DNA of 33,604 nt from Mailhella sp. (GTDB lineage: Bacteria > Desulfobacterota > Desulfovibrionia > Desulfovibrionales > Desulfovibrionaceae): contig JAZQMJ010000316.1 of the NCBI GenBank assembly GCA_045543435.1, positions 1 through 33,604 on the forward strand. The letters are read 5' to 3'. Position numbers and translations under genes: made by a program. Of this stretch, positions 24,507 to 33,604 are shown piece by piece; position 1 is the first letter of the stretch, and each line of letters starts with the position of its first letter. The notes under the pieces were generated by a model, which worked only from the letters and a program-made list of their open reading frames with translations, did no database searches and was not told the DNA's origin.

Positions 24507-26585
24507 ATGGAATTTCGTATCCGTCCCAGCGCTTCCGAACTCAGCAGCAGCCTGAACCGCGAATGGCTCCTCACCAACAGCCTTGGCGACTACGCCTCGG
24601 GCTCGGTCTCCGGCTGCAACACCCGCCGCTACCACGGCCTGCTCGCCGCGCAGACGCCCGCCGGACGATACATGCTCCTTTCCACCCTGGAAGACTCCGT
24701 TTCCTTCGATGGCCGCGCCATCCCCCTCTCAAGCCGCATCCATCCCGGCGTGGTCTGGCCCGAAGGCTTCCTCTTCCTCAAGGAGACCGCCTCCAGCCAC
24801 GACAGCGTGACCTTCACCTTCTCCCTCGGCGGCGAAGGCGATGACGAAGTCCTCCTCACCCGCTCCGTCGTGCTCGACCGCGCCTCCTGCCGCCTCATCG
24901 TGCGCTACATGCTGGCCGACACTCCCGCCGCCCGCGCCCTCGGCGCCCTGCGCCTCACCGTGCGCCCGCTGGTGAACGGCCGCAACATCAACCATCTTTA
25001 CCCTGCCGCTCCGGCCCGCTCCGCCTCCGTGCGCCCGCTCAGCCTGAGCACCGCCCCCTGCACGGGCTTCTCCTTCCAGCCCGAGGAAGAGATACCCGCG
25101 CTCGTCATGCAGATGTCCGCCTCCGGCCTGGAATACGCCTCCTTCGAAGCCGCCCCCGACTGGTACTTCAAGGTGCAGTATCCCGTAGAGGCCGAACGCG
25201 GCTACGACTGCGAGGAAGACCTGCTCATGCCCGGCGTGTTCACCGCCAGCCTGAGCGCGGGCCATCCCGTGTGGCTCTCCGCCGGTACCGAAGCCCTTTC
25301 CGAAGCCCCCGAGACCATCTGGGAACGCCATTTCGAAACTGCTCCCAAGCCCGTGTTCAAGGAAGCCCTGCTCGAGCATCTGCGCCGCGAATGCGACCGC
25401 TTCCTCGTGAGCACCGCCGGCCAGTCCATCGTTCCTGCGGGCTATCACTGGTTCGGCCCGTGGGGGCGCGACACCCTCATCGCCCTGCCCGGCCTCACCT
25501 TCGAATCCGGCCGTGTGAAGGAAGGCAAGGCCATACTGCGTTCCATAGCCGGAACGGTGAAGAACGGCCTCGTGCCCAACCTCCTCGGCGCGGGCAACTT
25601 CGGCGGCGTGGCCTACAATTCCGCCGACGCCTCCCTCTGGTTCCTGCTGGCCGTGCATCGCTTCGCCCTCGCCTGCCCCAAGGAGATGCCCTTCATCAAG
25701 CGCGTCTGCTGGCCCGTGGTGAAGGATATCATCAGCCACTTCGCCAGCGGCACCATGCCCGATGAAGACGGGAACATGCTCGTCTTCGCCGACGAAGACG
25801 GCCTCCTGCATGTGGGCAGCGAGAAGACCCAGCTCACCTGGATGGACGCCTCCATCAACGGCGTCCCCGTCACGCCACGCCACGGATGCGCCGTGGAGCT
25901 CAACGCCCTGTGGTTCGACGCCCTCACCTTCGCCAAGGAGCTGGCCGCCGAGTTCGACGAGCCTGCCCCTGCCGAGACCGCGCTCCTGCCCCGCCTGAAG
26001 AAGGCCTTCGCGCGCGTGTTCTGCCCCTCCGACGAGCTGAAGGACGTCATGGGCGGCGGCCTGCATGACACCTGGCGCCCCGGCGCCGAGCCCGACCTCT
26101 GCATCCGCCCCAACCAGATCTTTGCCGTCGCCGTGCCCTGCTCGCCCCTTTCCCAGAAGATGCAGGCCGCTGTGACGAAATGCGTACGCGAGAACCTGCT
26201 CACGCCTTACGGCCTGCGCACCCTCGCCCCTACCGACCCGGCCTACAAGGGAGCCTGCCAGGGCACCCAGGCCGTGCGCGACCTTGCTTATCACCAGGGC
26301 ACGGTCTGGCCCTGGCCCGTGGGTGCCTATGTGGACGCCGTCGTCAAGACCGCCCGCAGCCCCAAAGCCGTGCGCGACGTGCTCGGCACGCTCACGCCGC
26401 TGTTCACCAGCCACCTCGAAGAGGCCGGCATGGGCAGTGTTTCCGAGATACTCGATGGCGACCAGCCCCATGTCCCTGGCGGCTGCATCGCTCAGGCGTG
26501 GAGCTGCGCCGAAGCGCTCCGCCTCCTGCTCCTTATCAAAAAGTCCAACCCGGGAGAATGGAACAACTGGCTGGAAACGCTGTAA
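24507..26585 (+). CDS. Glycogen debranching enzyme, archaeal/Bacteroidota type (GDE_N + amylo-alpha-1,6-glucosidase GDE_C)
   Basis: REWLLTNSLGDYAS...TRRYHGLL, AGYHWFGPWGRDTLIALPG, NSADASLW, TWMDA, IRPNQ, YHQGTVWPW, QAWS. Confidence 0.92.
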   Translation: MEFRIRPSASELSSSLNREWLLTNSLGDYASGSVSGCNTRRYHGLLAAQTPAGRYMLLSTLEDSVSFDGRAIPLSSRIHPGVVWPEGFLFLKETASSHDSVTFTFSLGGEGDDEVLLTRSVVLDRASCRLIVRYMLADTPAARALGALRLTVRPLVNGRNINHLYPAAPARSASVRPLSLSTAPCTGFSFQPEEEIPALVMQMSASGLEYASFEAAPDWYFKVQYPVEAERGYDCEEDLLMPGVFTASLSAGHPVWLSAGTEALSEAPETIWERHFETAPKPVFKEALLEHLRRECDRFLVSTAGQSIVPAGYHWFGPWGRDTLIALPGLTFESGRVKEGKAILRSIAGTVKNGLVPNLLGAGNFGGVAYNSADASLWFLLAVHRFALACPKEMPFIKRVCWPVVKDIISHFASGTMPDEDGNMLVFADEDGLLHVGSEKTQLTWMDASINGVPVTPRHGCAVELNALWFDALTFAKELAAEFDEPAPAETALLPRLKKAFARVFCPSDELKDVMGGGLHDTWRPGAEPDLCIRPNQIFAVAVPCSPLSQKMQAAVTKCVRENLLTPYGLRTLAPTDPAYKGACQGTQAVRDLAYHQGTVWPWPVGAYVDAVVKTARSPKAVRDVLGTLTPLFTSHLEEAGMGSVSEILDGDQPHVPGGCIAQAWSCAEALRLLLLIKKSNPGEWNNWLETL

Positions 26586-26644
26586 AAGCGTTCCTCGGAC
26601 TCGTTTTCCAGGATTCATCGACCCGAAACAACGGGGGAGAAAAT

Positions 26645-27961
26645 ATGCGTGTTCTGATGCTTGGATGGGAATTCCCGCCTCATATCAGCGGCGGTCTCGG
26701 CACTGCCTGCCTCGGTATCACCCAGGGCCTCACGGAAAAGGGCGTCGACCTCACCTTCATCCTGCCCAGCATGAAGGATGACGGCAAGAGCCAGTCCGAG
26801 GCCAAACTGCGCTCCGCCTCCGGCGTGCCCATCTCCCACGCCCTCAAGAAGGCCGTGGAGCAGGTGCGCCAGCAGAAGAAACACGACGAATTCACCGAAC
26901 TGCTCATGCGCCCGGTGAACGCACGCCTGCACCCCTACGGCTACGACTATTCCCAGAGCGTGGACTCCAACGCCTTCAACAGCGACGACATCGCCGAGAT
27001 CAGCCATTTCCACGGCGGCTACAAGGACGACCTCATGGATGAAGTGTACCGCTTCTCCACTGCCGCCGCCGCTGTGGTGCTCGAAGAGAACGCCAAGAAG
27101 AAGGCCGACGTCATCCACGCCCATGACTGGATGACCTATCCCGCCGCCACCATAGCCAGCCGCCTTTCCGGCCTGCCCTTCGTGGCCCACCTGCACGCCA
27201 CCGAGTTCGACCGCTGCGGCGACAACGGCTGGGACGTCATCTACGGCATCGAGCGCGACGGCCTCCACGCCGCCGACCATGTCATCGCCGTTTCCGAGCG
27301 CACCAAGCGCATCGCCGTGGAACGCTACGGCGTGCCGGAACACAAGGTCTCCGTGGTCTACAACGGCGCCTTCCTGAACGAGGACATCCCCACCTTCGAG
27401 ATCCCCGAAGCCATCAAGAACGAGAAGCGCGTGCTGTTCATGGCCCGCATCACCTTCCAGAAGGGCCCGGAATATTTCGTCGAAGCCGCACGCCTCGTGC
27501 TCAACGAAATGCCCAACACCCGTTTCATCATGGCCGGCAGCGGCGACCTGCTCCCCCGCATGATGAAGCGCGTGGCCGAACTGCGCATGGGCAGCCAGTT
27601 CCATTTCCCCGGCTTCATGCGCGGCAAGGAAGAAGTGTACCGCATGTATTCCATGGCCGACCTCTTCGTCATGCCCAGCGTGTCCGAACCTTTCGGCATC
27701 GCCCCTCTGGAAGCCCTGCAGTGCGGCGCGCCCATCCTCATCTCCAAGCAGTCGGGCTGCGCCGAGGTGCTTCCCGCCGCCCTCACCGTGGACTACTGGG
27801 ACGTGCGCCGCATGGCCGACCGCATCATGGACTGCCTGAACTACCCCGTCATGGCCCAGGAAAGCCTGCGCCAGTGCCAGGCCGACCTCCAGCTCCTTAC
27901 CTGGGGCCGCGCCGCCGAGGGCATACTCCAGGCCTACTCCCACGTCTGCCCCAACGCCTAA
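26645..27961 (+). CDS. Glycosyltransferase family 4 (GT-B)
   Basis: MRVLMLGWEFPPHISGGLG, IHAHDWMT, HATEFDR, QKGPEYF, PSVSEPFGIAPLEA. Confidence 0.92.
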   Translation: MRVLMLGWEFPPHISGGLGTACLGITQGLTEKGVDLTFILPSMKDDGKSQSEAKLRSASGVPISHALKKAVEQVRQQKKHDEFTELLMRPVNARLHPYGYDYSQSVDSNAFNSDDIAEISHFHGGYKDDLMDEVYRFSTAAAAVVLEENAKKKADVIHAHDWMTYPAATIASRLSGLPFVAHLHATEFDRCGDNGWDVIYGIERDGLHAADHVIAVSERTKRIAVERYGVPEHKVSVVYNGAFLNEDIPTFEIPEAIKNEKRVLFMARITFQKGPEYFVEAARLVLNEMPNTRFIMAGSGDLLPRMMKRVAELRMGSQFHFPGFMRGKEEVYRMYSMADLFVMPSVSEPFGIAPLEALQCGAPILISKQSGCAEVLPAALTVDYWDVRRMADRIMDCLNYPVMAQESLRQCQADLQLLTWGRAAEGILQAYSHVCPNA

Positions 27962-27975
27962 GCGAGGTGTGAGCC

Positions 27976-29169
27976 ATGCCTTCCGTATGTTTTTACTTCC
28001 AGGTGCATCAGCCCTACCGCCTGCGCGAATTCCGCTTCTTCGACATCGGCGTTGACAACGACTATGAAGATGTGGAAAAAAACCGCGCTGTGATGCAGAA
28101 GGTGGCCGCCAAGTGCTACCTGCCCATGAACGCCCTCATGCTTGAACTCATCAAGCGCCACCAGGGCCGCTTCCGCATCTCCTTCTCCATGACAGGTTCG
28201 TTCATCGACCAGTGCCTCGAATACGCCCCCGAAGTCCTGGAGAGCTTCAAGAAGCTGGCGGATACCGGCTGTGTGGAATTCCTCGACGAGACGGACAACC
28301 ACAGCCTTTCCTTCATCTTCTCCGAAGACGAATTCCGCGCCCAGGTGGCCCGCCACCGCAAGCGCATGGAAGAGCTGTTCGGCCAGAAGCCGCGCGCCTT
28401 CCGCAATACCGAGCTCGTCTACAGCAACAACATCGCCCGCGTCGCCGAAGACATGGGCTATGATGTCGTCCTCGCCGAAGGCGTGGACAGCATCCTCGAC
28501 TGGCGCACGCCCGATTTCGTGTACCACCCCGAGGGCTGCGGCCGCATCAAGCTGATGATGAAGAACCACAAGCTCTCCGACGACATCGCCTTCCGCTTCT
28601 CCGACCATTCGTGGGAGCATTATCCCCTCATGGCCGAGACCTTCGCCGACTGGCTGAAGGGCGTGAAGAGCAATGGCGACGTCATCAACCTCTTCATGGA
28701 TTACGAGACCTTCGGCGAACACCAGTGGGCCGACACGGGCATCTTCGACTTCATGCGCGCCCTGCCCGACTTCGTGCTGGCCGACCCTGACTTCGATTTC
28801 CTCACTGTCTCGGAAGCCGCCGACCGCTATCCCGCCCGCGGCTGGATAGACGTGCCCTACTATACCTCGTGGGCCGACGCCGAACGCGACATCTCCGCCT
28901 GGATCCGCAACGACATGCAGAAGGACGCCTTCCGCGCCCTCTACGAATGTCAGTTCCTCGCCGCCCAGGTGGACGACCCCGAACTGCAGGAAGACTGGCA
29001 GAGACTGCAGTGCTCCGACCACTTCTACTACATGTGCACCAAGACCGCCGCTGACGGCAACGTGCACAAGTACTTCTCCCCGTACAAGGCCCCTGCGGAC
29101 GCGTACGTCAACTTCATGAATGTTCTGGCAGACTTCCGCATCCGACTGCTTGCGAAGGTCGGCCAGTAA
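27976..29169 (+). CDS. Glycoside hydrolase family 57 (alpha-amylase-like)
   Basis: FQVHQPYRL, FRNTEL (nucleophile Glu), FMDYETFGEH (acid/base Asp), SDHFYYM. Confidence 0.92.
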   Translation: MPSVCFYFQVHQPYRLREFRFFDIGVDNDYEDVEKNRAVMQKVAAKCYLPMNALMLELIKRHQGRFRISFSMTGSFIDQCLEYAPEVLESFKKLADTGCVEFLDETDNHSLSFIFSEDEFRAQVARHRKRMEELFGQKPRAFRNTELVYSNNIARVAEDMGYDVVLAEGVDSILDWRTPDFVYHPEGCGRIKLMMKNHKLSDDIAFRFSDHSWEHYPLMAETFADWLKGVKSNGDVINLFMDYETFGEHQWADTGIFDFMRALPDFVLADPDFDFLTVSEAADRYPARGWIDVPYYTSWADAERDISAWIRNDMQKDAFRALYECQFLAAQVDDPELQEDWQRLQCSDHFYYMCTKTAADGNVHKYFSPYKAPADAYVNFMNVLADFRIRLLAKVGQ

Positions 29170-29196
29170 AAAAATAAGAAGAAGACCATCGACTGA

Positions 29197-29231
29197 CCCC
29201 GCTCCCTCCTTGGAAAAAGGAGGGAGCGGGG
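29197..29231. other. 15-bp intercistronic hairpin
   Basis: CCCCGCTCCCTCCTT-ggaaa-AAGGAGGGAGCGGGG with no U-tract. Confidence 0.6.
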
Positions 29232-29264
29232 CGTCGTGTTCTTCGAATAACCTTTGGAGACCCA

Positions 29265-32200
29265 ATGAACCAAACTCCTCGTACCCACCTTTTCGAGGTG
29301 AGCTGGGAAGTGTGCAACAAGGTCGGCGGTATCTATGAAGTCGTCGCCAGCAAGGCGCAGCAGGCCATGCGCGCCTTCGACGGCGAATACTTCCTCATCG
29401 GTCCCGACACCAAGCACAACACCGAGTTCACCGAAACGGACGAGCCCTGCTGGGGTGCCATCCGCTACGCCCTCAGGGACAAGGATCTGCGCTGCCGCTT
29501 CGGCCGCTGGGAGATCCCTGGCCGCCCCCGCGTCATCCTGGTGGACTTCAACGGCCGCCACGATTCCAACCAGCTCCTGCGTCAGCTCTGGGAACGCTTC
29601 GGCGTCGATTCCCTCTCCGGCAGCTGGGACTACATCGAGCCCGTGTCCTTCAGCTACACCTGCGGCGAAGTCATCGCCACCATCCATCAGGTGCTGTCCG
29701 CCCGCGAGAAGATCCACGGCATAGCCCACTTCCATGAATGGATGTGCGGCGCCGGCATCCTCGCCCTCAAGACGCTCGCTCCCTTCATCGGCACTGTGTT
29801 CACCACGCACGCCACTGTGCTTGGCCGCTCCCTCTGCGGCAACGGCATCGACATCTATGCCCGCATGGCCGAGATCTCCCCTTCTCAGGAAGCTTCCCGC
29901 TTCAACGTGGTGGCCAAGTGCTCCATGGAGACCGTGAGCGCCCGCGAAGCCGACATCTTCACCACCGTGAGCGGCATCACCGCTGAAGAGGCCCGCTACT
30001 TCCTCGGCCGCCAGCCCGACGTGGTCACCACCAACGGCCTCGACCTCACCGCCATCCTCGACTACAGCAAGGATCGCGAACTGGCGAAGAAGAACCGCGC
30101 CTCCATGCTCGCCCCTGTGAACAGGCTCCTGCGCCGCGAACTGCCTGAAGACACCCGCGTCCTCATCTGCTCCGGCCGCTACGAGCACCACAACAAGGGC
30201 GTGGACCTCTTCATCGACGCTCTCGCCAAGGCCAAGGAGACCCTCAAGGGCACCGGCAAGAAGGTGCTGGCCCTCATGCTCATGATGGGCGGCCACACCG
30301 GACCCGACGCCAACGCCGTGAACGGCGACGCCTCCGTGCATGCCGATGCCGCTCATCCCGAGTACGGCTTCCTCACCAGCCACAAGCTCTACGGCGCCGA
30401 GAACGACCCCATACTGAACACCTGCCGCCGCCTCGGCCTGAACAACACCGAGGACGACCCCGTCCAGGTGCTCTTCGTGCCCGCCATGCTCGACGGCAAG
30501 GACGGCTTCTTCAACATGCCGTACTTCGACGTTCTCTCCAGCGGCGACCTCGGCGTGTTCCCCTCCTGGTACGAGCCCTGGGGCTACACTCCCCATGAAG
30601 CCGCCGCCTACGGCGTGCCCACCATCACCACCGACCTCTCCGGCTTCGGCCTCTGGGTGCGCCAGCTCGAACAGCAGACCGGTCCCCAGCCCGGCATCGG
30701 CGTCATCCCCCGCAAGGGCAAGGACTATGCCGACGTGGTCGCCGACCTCGCTGACGTGCTCGTGCATTACGCCTCCTGCTCCGACGAAGAGCTGGACCAG
30801 CGCCGCCGCACCGTGCGCGCCGCTTCCGCCCATGCCGACTGGAAGGAATTCTTCCAGCTCTACATGCAGGCCTACCGCGGCGCCAACGCCAAGGCCCATG
30901 CCCGCCGCCACGCCTCCGCCCACAAGAACAAACTTTCCAAGGAACTTGCCATGCGTCCCTCTTCCATCCCCTTCCTTCGCACGCTGAACGCTGTGTCGGA
31001 ACTCCCTGCCGAACTCAGCCGTCTGCGTGACATCGCTTCCAACATCTGGTGGTGCTGGCAGCCCGAAGCCATGGAGATGTTCGAGTCCATGTCTCCCGAG
31101 CTCTGGGAAGCCTGCGGCCACAACCCCATCTACATGGTGGAGAACACCCCCACCGCCCGCCTGCAGGAACTCGCCGCCAAGAAGAGCTTCGTGAAGGCCG
31201 TGAAGGACCTCGCCAAGAAGTTCGACGCCTACATGGCCCAGGAACACCTCTCCGACGTGCTCGAAGACGGCACCGTCACTGTGGACATGGAACGCCCCGT
31301 GGCCTACTTCTCCACCGAATTCGGCATGCATGAGAGCCTGCAGCTCTACTCCGGCGGCCTCGGCGTGCTCTCCGGCGACCACATGAAGTCCTCCAGCGAC
31401 GAACGCCTGCCCCTCATCGGCGTGGGCCTGTTCTACCTGAACGGCTACTTCCAGCAGACTGTGGACAAGCGCGGCCACCAGAACCCCGTGTACCCCGAGA
31501 ACCATCCGGCCAGTCTGCCCCTCGAAGCCATGCTCGACGAGAACGGCTCTCCCCTGATGATCTCCGTGCCGCTCGGCAGCCGCAATCTCTATGCCCGCAT
31601 CTGGAAGGTGCAGGTGGGCGTGTGCCCCCTCTACCTCATGGACACCAACGTGCCTGAGAACACCGACGACGACCGCCGCGTCACCGCCCGCCTCTACGAG
31701 GCCGACCGCGACGTCCGTATGCGTCAGGAGATCCTGCTCGGCATGGGCGGCGTGCGCATGCTCCGCGCCCTCGGCATCGCTCCTTCCGTGTGGCACATGA
31801 ACGAAGGCCACTCCGCCTTCCTCGTGCTCGAACGTCTGCATCAGCACATGCAGTGCGACGAGCTCACCCTCGAGGAAGCCAAGACCCTCGTGCGCAGCTC
31901 CTGCGTGTTCACCACCCACACCCCTGTGGACGCCGGCAACGAACGCTTCTCCGCCGACCTCATGCAGCGCTACTTCCCCGAGTTCGCCAAGAAGATCGGC
32001 CTCGAATGGCAGGACTTCCTCAAGCTCGGCCGTCTGGACGGCGGCGACCCCAACACCTTCGACATGACGGTGCTGGCCCTCACCATGTCTTCCCAGGCCA
32101 ACGGCGTCTCCATGATGCACGGCATGGTCTCCCGCCGCATGTGGCACAAGGTCTGGAAGGGCTTCGCCGAAGCTGAACTGCCCATCGGCCATGTGACCAA

Positions 32201-33539
32201 CGGCGTGCACACCGCCTCCTACGTCGGCCCCGCCTTCCGTCCCCTGCTCGACCGCTATGTGGGCGAGAACTGGCTCGACCTGCACACCGAAGACCCCGCC
32301 TGGGAAAAGGTGCAGGACATCCCGGACAGCGAATTCTGGGCCGCCCGCCGCGCCCAGAAGCAGACCCTCATCGACGCCCTGCGCGAACGTCTGCCCCTCT
32401 GCTCCGCCTACTCCGACATCACCGGCGACGAGCGCGAGCAGTGGCTCTCCGCTCTGAACCAGGACGCCCTCATCATCGGCTTCGCCCGCCGCTTCGCTCC
32501 CTACAAGCGCGCCACCATGCTCTTCGCCGATCCTGACCGCCTGGCCCGCCTGCTCAACGATCCCAAGCGTCCCACCGTGCTCATCATGGCCGGCAAGGCC
32601 CACCCTGCCGACACCAAGGGCATCGAGCTCATCGAAGACGTGGTGCGCTGGTCCCGCGATCCCCGCTTCTACGGCAAGATCTTCTTCGTTGAGAACTACA
32701 ACCTCGAAGTCTCCCGCTGGCTCTCCCGCGGCTGCGACGTGTGGCTGAACAATCCCCGCCGCCCCCACGAAGCCTCCGGTACTTCCGGCGAGAAGGTGCC
32801 GGTGAACGGCGGCATCAACCTCAGCATCTCCGACGGCTGGTGGGTCGAAGGCGACAACGGCGAAAACGGCTGGACCATCGGCCCGAAGGCCACCTACGCC
32901 ACCCTCTCCGCCGTGCAGAACGACTATGAGGACGCCGAGTCCCTGTACCAGCTCCTCGAGAACAAGGTCGTGCCCCTGTTCTTCAAGCGCGGCAAGGACG
33001 CCCTGCCCCACGGCTGGATCCTCGTGGCCAAGAACTCCCTGCAGTCCCTCACCGCCCAGTACGGCTGCCGCCGCATGGTGCGCGACTACATGGAACAGAT
33101 CTATGTGCCCGCCGCCCGCCGCGGCTTCGCCATGGCCGCCGACCATCAGGCCAAGGCCCGCAAGCTCACCGAATGGCAGAAGACCATCCCCGGCCGCTTC
33201 AACACCTGCGCCATCAAGCACATCGAAGTGGCCGGCCTCGAAGGCAACACCGTGTACTGCGGCAAGCCCTTCTCCGTGAAGCTGCAGCTCACCCTCGGCG
33301 ACATGAAGGCTGAAGAACTGCGCGTGCAGATGCTCCTCGGCGTGACCGACGGCGCCAACTTCACCGAACAGCCCGAGATCATGGACCTCGCCTTCGTTTC
33401 CGAAGCCGACGGCATGCTCACCTACGAAGCCTCCTGCACCGCCAAGGCCAACGGCCTCCACGCCTACGGCCTGCGCGTCGTGCCCGTGGCCGACCCCATG
33501 GACCACGTCGTCCGCACCGGCCTCGTGCACTGGGCCTAA
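29265..33539 (+). CDS. Fusion of GT3 glycogen synthase (N-terminal) and GT35 alpha-glucan phosphorylase (C-terminal)
   Basis: GT3 motifs FEVSWEVCNKVGGIY, HFHEWM, FTTHAT, GRYEHHNKG, GVFPSWYEPWGYTP. GT35 motifs YSGGLGVLSGDH, NEGH, TTHTPV, TNGVH, ARRFAPYKR, EASGTSGEK. One continuous 1424-aa frame. Confidence 0.93.
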   Translation: MNQTPRTHLFEVSWEVCNKVGGIYEVVASKAQQAMRAFDGEYFLIGPDTKHNTEFTETDEPCWGAIRYALRDKDLRCRFGRWEIPGRPRVILVDFNGRHDSNQLLRQLWERFGVDSLSGSWDYIEPVSFSYTCGEVIATIHQVLSAREKIHGIAHFHEWMCGAGILALKTLAPFIGTVFTTHATVLGRSLCGNGIDIYARMAEISPSQEASRFNVVAKCSMETVSAREADIFTTVSGITAEEARYFLGRQPDVVTTNGLDLTAILDYSKDRELAKKNRASMLAPVNRLLRRELPEDTRVLICSGRYEHHNKGVDLFIDALAKAKETLKGTGKKVLALMLMMGGHTGPDANAVNGDASVHADAAHPEYGFLTSHKLYGAENDPILNTCRRLGLNNTEDDPVQVLFVPAMLDGKDGFFNMPYFDVLSSGDLGVFPSWYEPWGYTPHEAAAYGVPTITTDLSGFGLWVRQLEQQTGPQPGIGVIPRKGKDYADVVADLADVLVHYASCSDEELDQRRRTVRAASAHADWKEFFQLYMQAYRGANAKAHARRHASAHKNKLSKELAMRPSSIPFLRTLNAVSELPAELSRLRDIASNIWWCWQPEAMEMFESMSPELWEACGHNPIYMVENTPTARLQELAAKKSFVKAVKDLAKKFDAYMAQEHLSDVLEDGTVTVDMERPVAYFSTEFGMHESLQLYSGGLGVLSGDHMKSSSDERLPLIGVGLFYLNGYFQQTVDKRGHQNPVYPENHPASLPLEAMLDENGSPLMISVPLGSRNLYARIWKVQVGVCPLYLMDTNVPENTDDDRRVTARLYEADRDVRMRQEILLGMGGVRMLRALGIAPSVWHMNEGHSAFLVLERLHQHMQCDELTLEEAKTLVRSSCVFTTHTPVDAGNERFSADLMQRYFPEFAKKIGLEWQDFLKLGRLDGGDPNTFDMTVLALTMSSQANGVSMMHGMVSRRMWHKVWKGFAEAELPIGHVTNGVHTASYVGPAFRPLLDRYVGENWLDLHTEDPAWEKVQDIPDSEFWAARRAQKQTLIDALRERLPLCSAYSDITGDEREQWLSALNQDALIIGFARRFAPYKRATMLFADPDRLARLLNDPKRPTVLIMAGKAHPADTKGIELIEDVVRWSRDPRFYGKIFFVENYNLEVSRWLSRGCDVWLNNPRRPHEASGTSGEKVPVNGGINLSISDGWWVEGDNGENGWTIGPKATYATLSAVQNDYEDAESLYQLLENKVVPLFFKRGKDALPHGWILVAKNSLQSLTAQYGCRRMVRDYMEQIYVPAARRGFAMAADHQAKARKLTEWQKTIPGRFNTCAIKHIEVAGLEGNTVYCGKPFSVKLQLTLGDMKAEELRVQMLLGVTDGANFTEQPEIMDLAFVSEADGMLTYEASCTAKANGLHAYGLRVVPVADPMDHVVRTGLVHWA

Positions 33540-33557
33540 GTTGAAGGAAGAGAGTCT

Positions 33558-33586
33558 GCGGGGAGGGGGACCTTTTGAAAAAGGTC
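33558..33586. repeat. REP-like palindrome, truncated by the sequence end
   Basis: GCGGGGAGGGGGACCTTTT-ga-AAAAGGTC; the expected CCCCTCCCCGC arm is cut off. Confidence 0.6.
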
Positions 33587-33604
33587 AAGTCGGAGGCCAA
33601 GCGG
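33587..33604 (+). other. MGI/BGISEQ sequencing adapter remnant (artefact)
   Basis: AAGTCGGAGGCCAAGCGG equals the first 18 nt of the MGI adapter AAGTCGGAGGCCAAGCGGTCTTAGGAAGACAA. Confidence 0.9.

Noticed and set aside
29028-33530. 1500-aa minus-strand ORF, and similar long antisense ORFs at 7696-10161, 24729-26618, 2823-4172, 26615-27943 and 27958-29265
   Set aside because: These are shadows of strongly C-ending codon usage in well-supported genes on the opposite strand. They have no motifs and an unnatural H/G/V/A-rich composition.
33558-33604. Possible mobile-element insertion into the REP-like palindrome
   Set aside because: The interrupting sequence matches the MGI sequencing adapter.
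1-33604. CRISPR array, tRNA, rRNA, integrase or transposase
   Set aside because: No regularly spaced direct repeats, cloverleaf or recombinase motifs were seen by eye; a tRNAscan/Infernal run would be needed to exclude small RNAs fully.

Overview
GC-rich chromosomal window, most likely from a Desulfovibrionaceae gut bacterium (Mailhella/Bilophila-like; inferred from gene content and protein style, not from a database search). From left to right: (1) a large minus-strand autotransporter-like gene that is missing from the ORF track and runs off the left edge, divergent from an XRE regulator; (2) fhs, a ferritin-like/VIT1 iron transporter, an AT-rich acyltransferase-3, a BPL-N protein and valS; (3) a TenA carrying a twin-arginine export signal; (4) an alanine/glycine:cation symporter under a singlet glycine riboswitch with a readable OFF-switch platform; (5) a lipoprotein PDZ plus apparently circularly permuted trypsin protease, and an unannotated 43-aa membrane peptide; (6) tatA, a hypothetical gene, a HAD hydrolase, dksA, rqcH/NFACT, an AI-2E transporter, a solitary Mrr, cinA/pncC and an EamA transporter; (7) glucokinase divergent from a four-gene alpha-glucan locus (GDE, GT4, GH57, and a eukaryote-type GT3 glycogen synthase fused to a GT35 phosphorylase). 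A family of REP-like palindromes recurs. The last 18 nt match the MGI/BGI adapter. No rRNA, tRNA, CRISPR array or transposase was seen. The best novelty candidates are the Tat-exported TenA, the GT3-GT35 glucan system, the permuted protease, the small membrane protein and the mosaic autotransporter.
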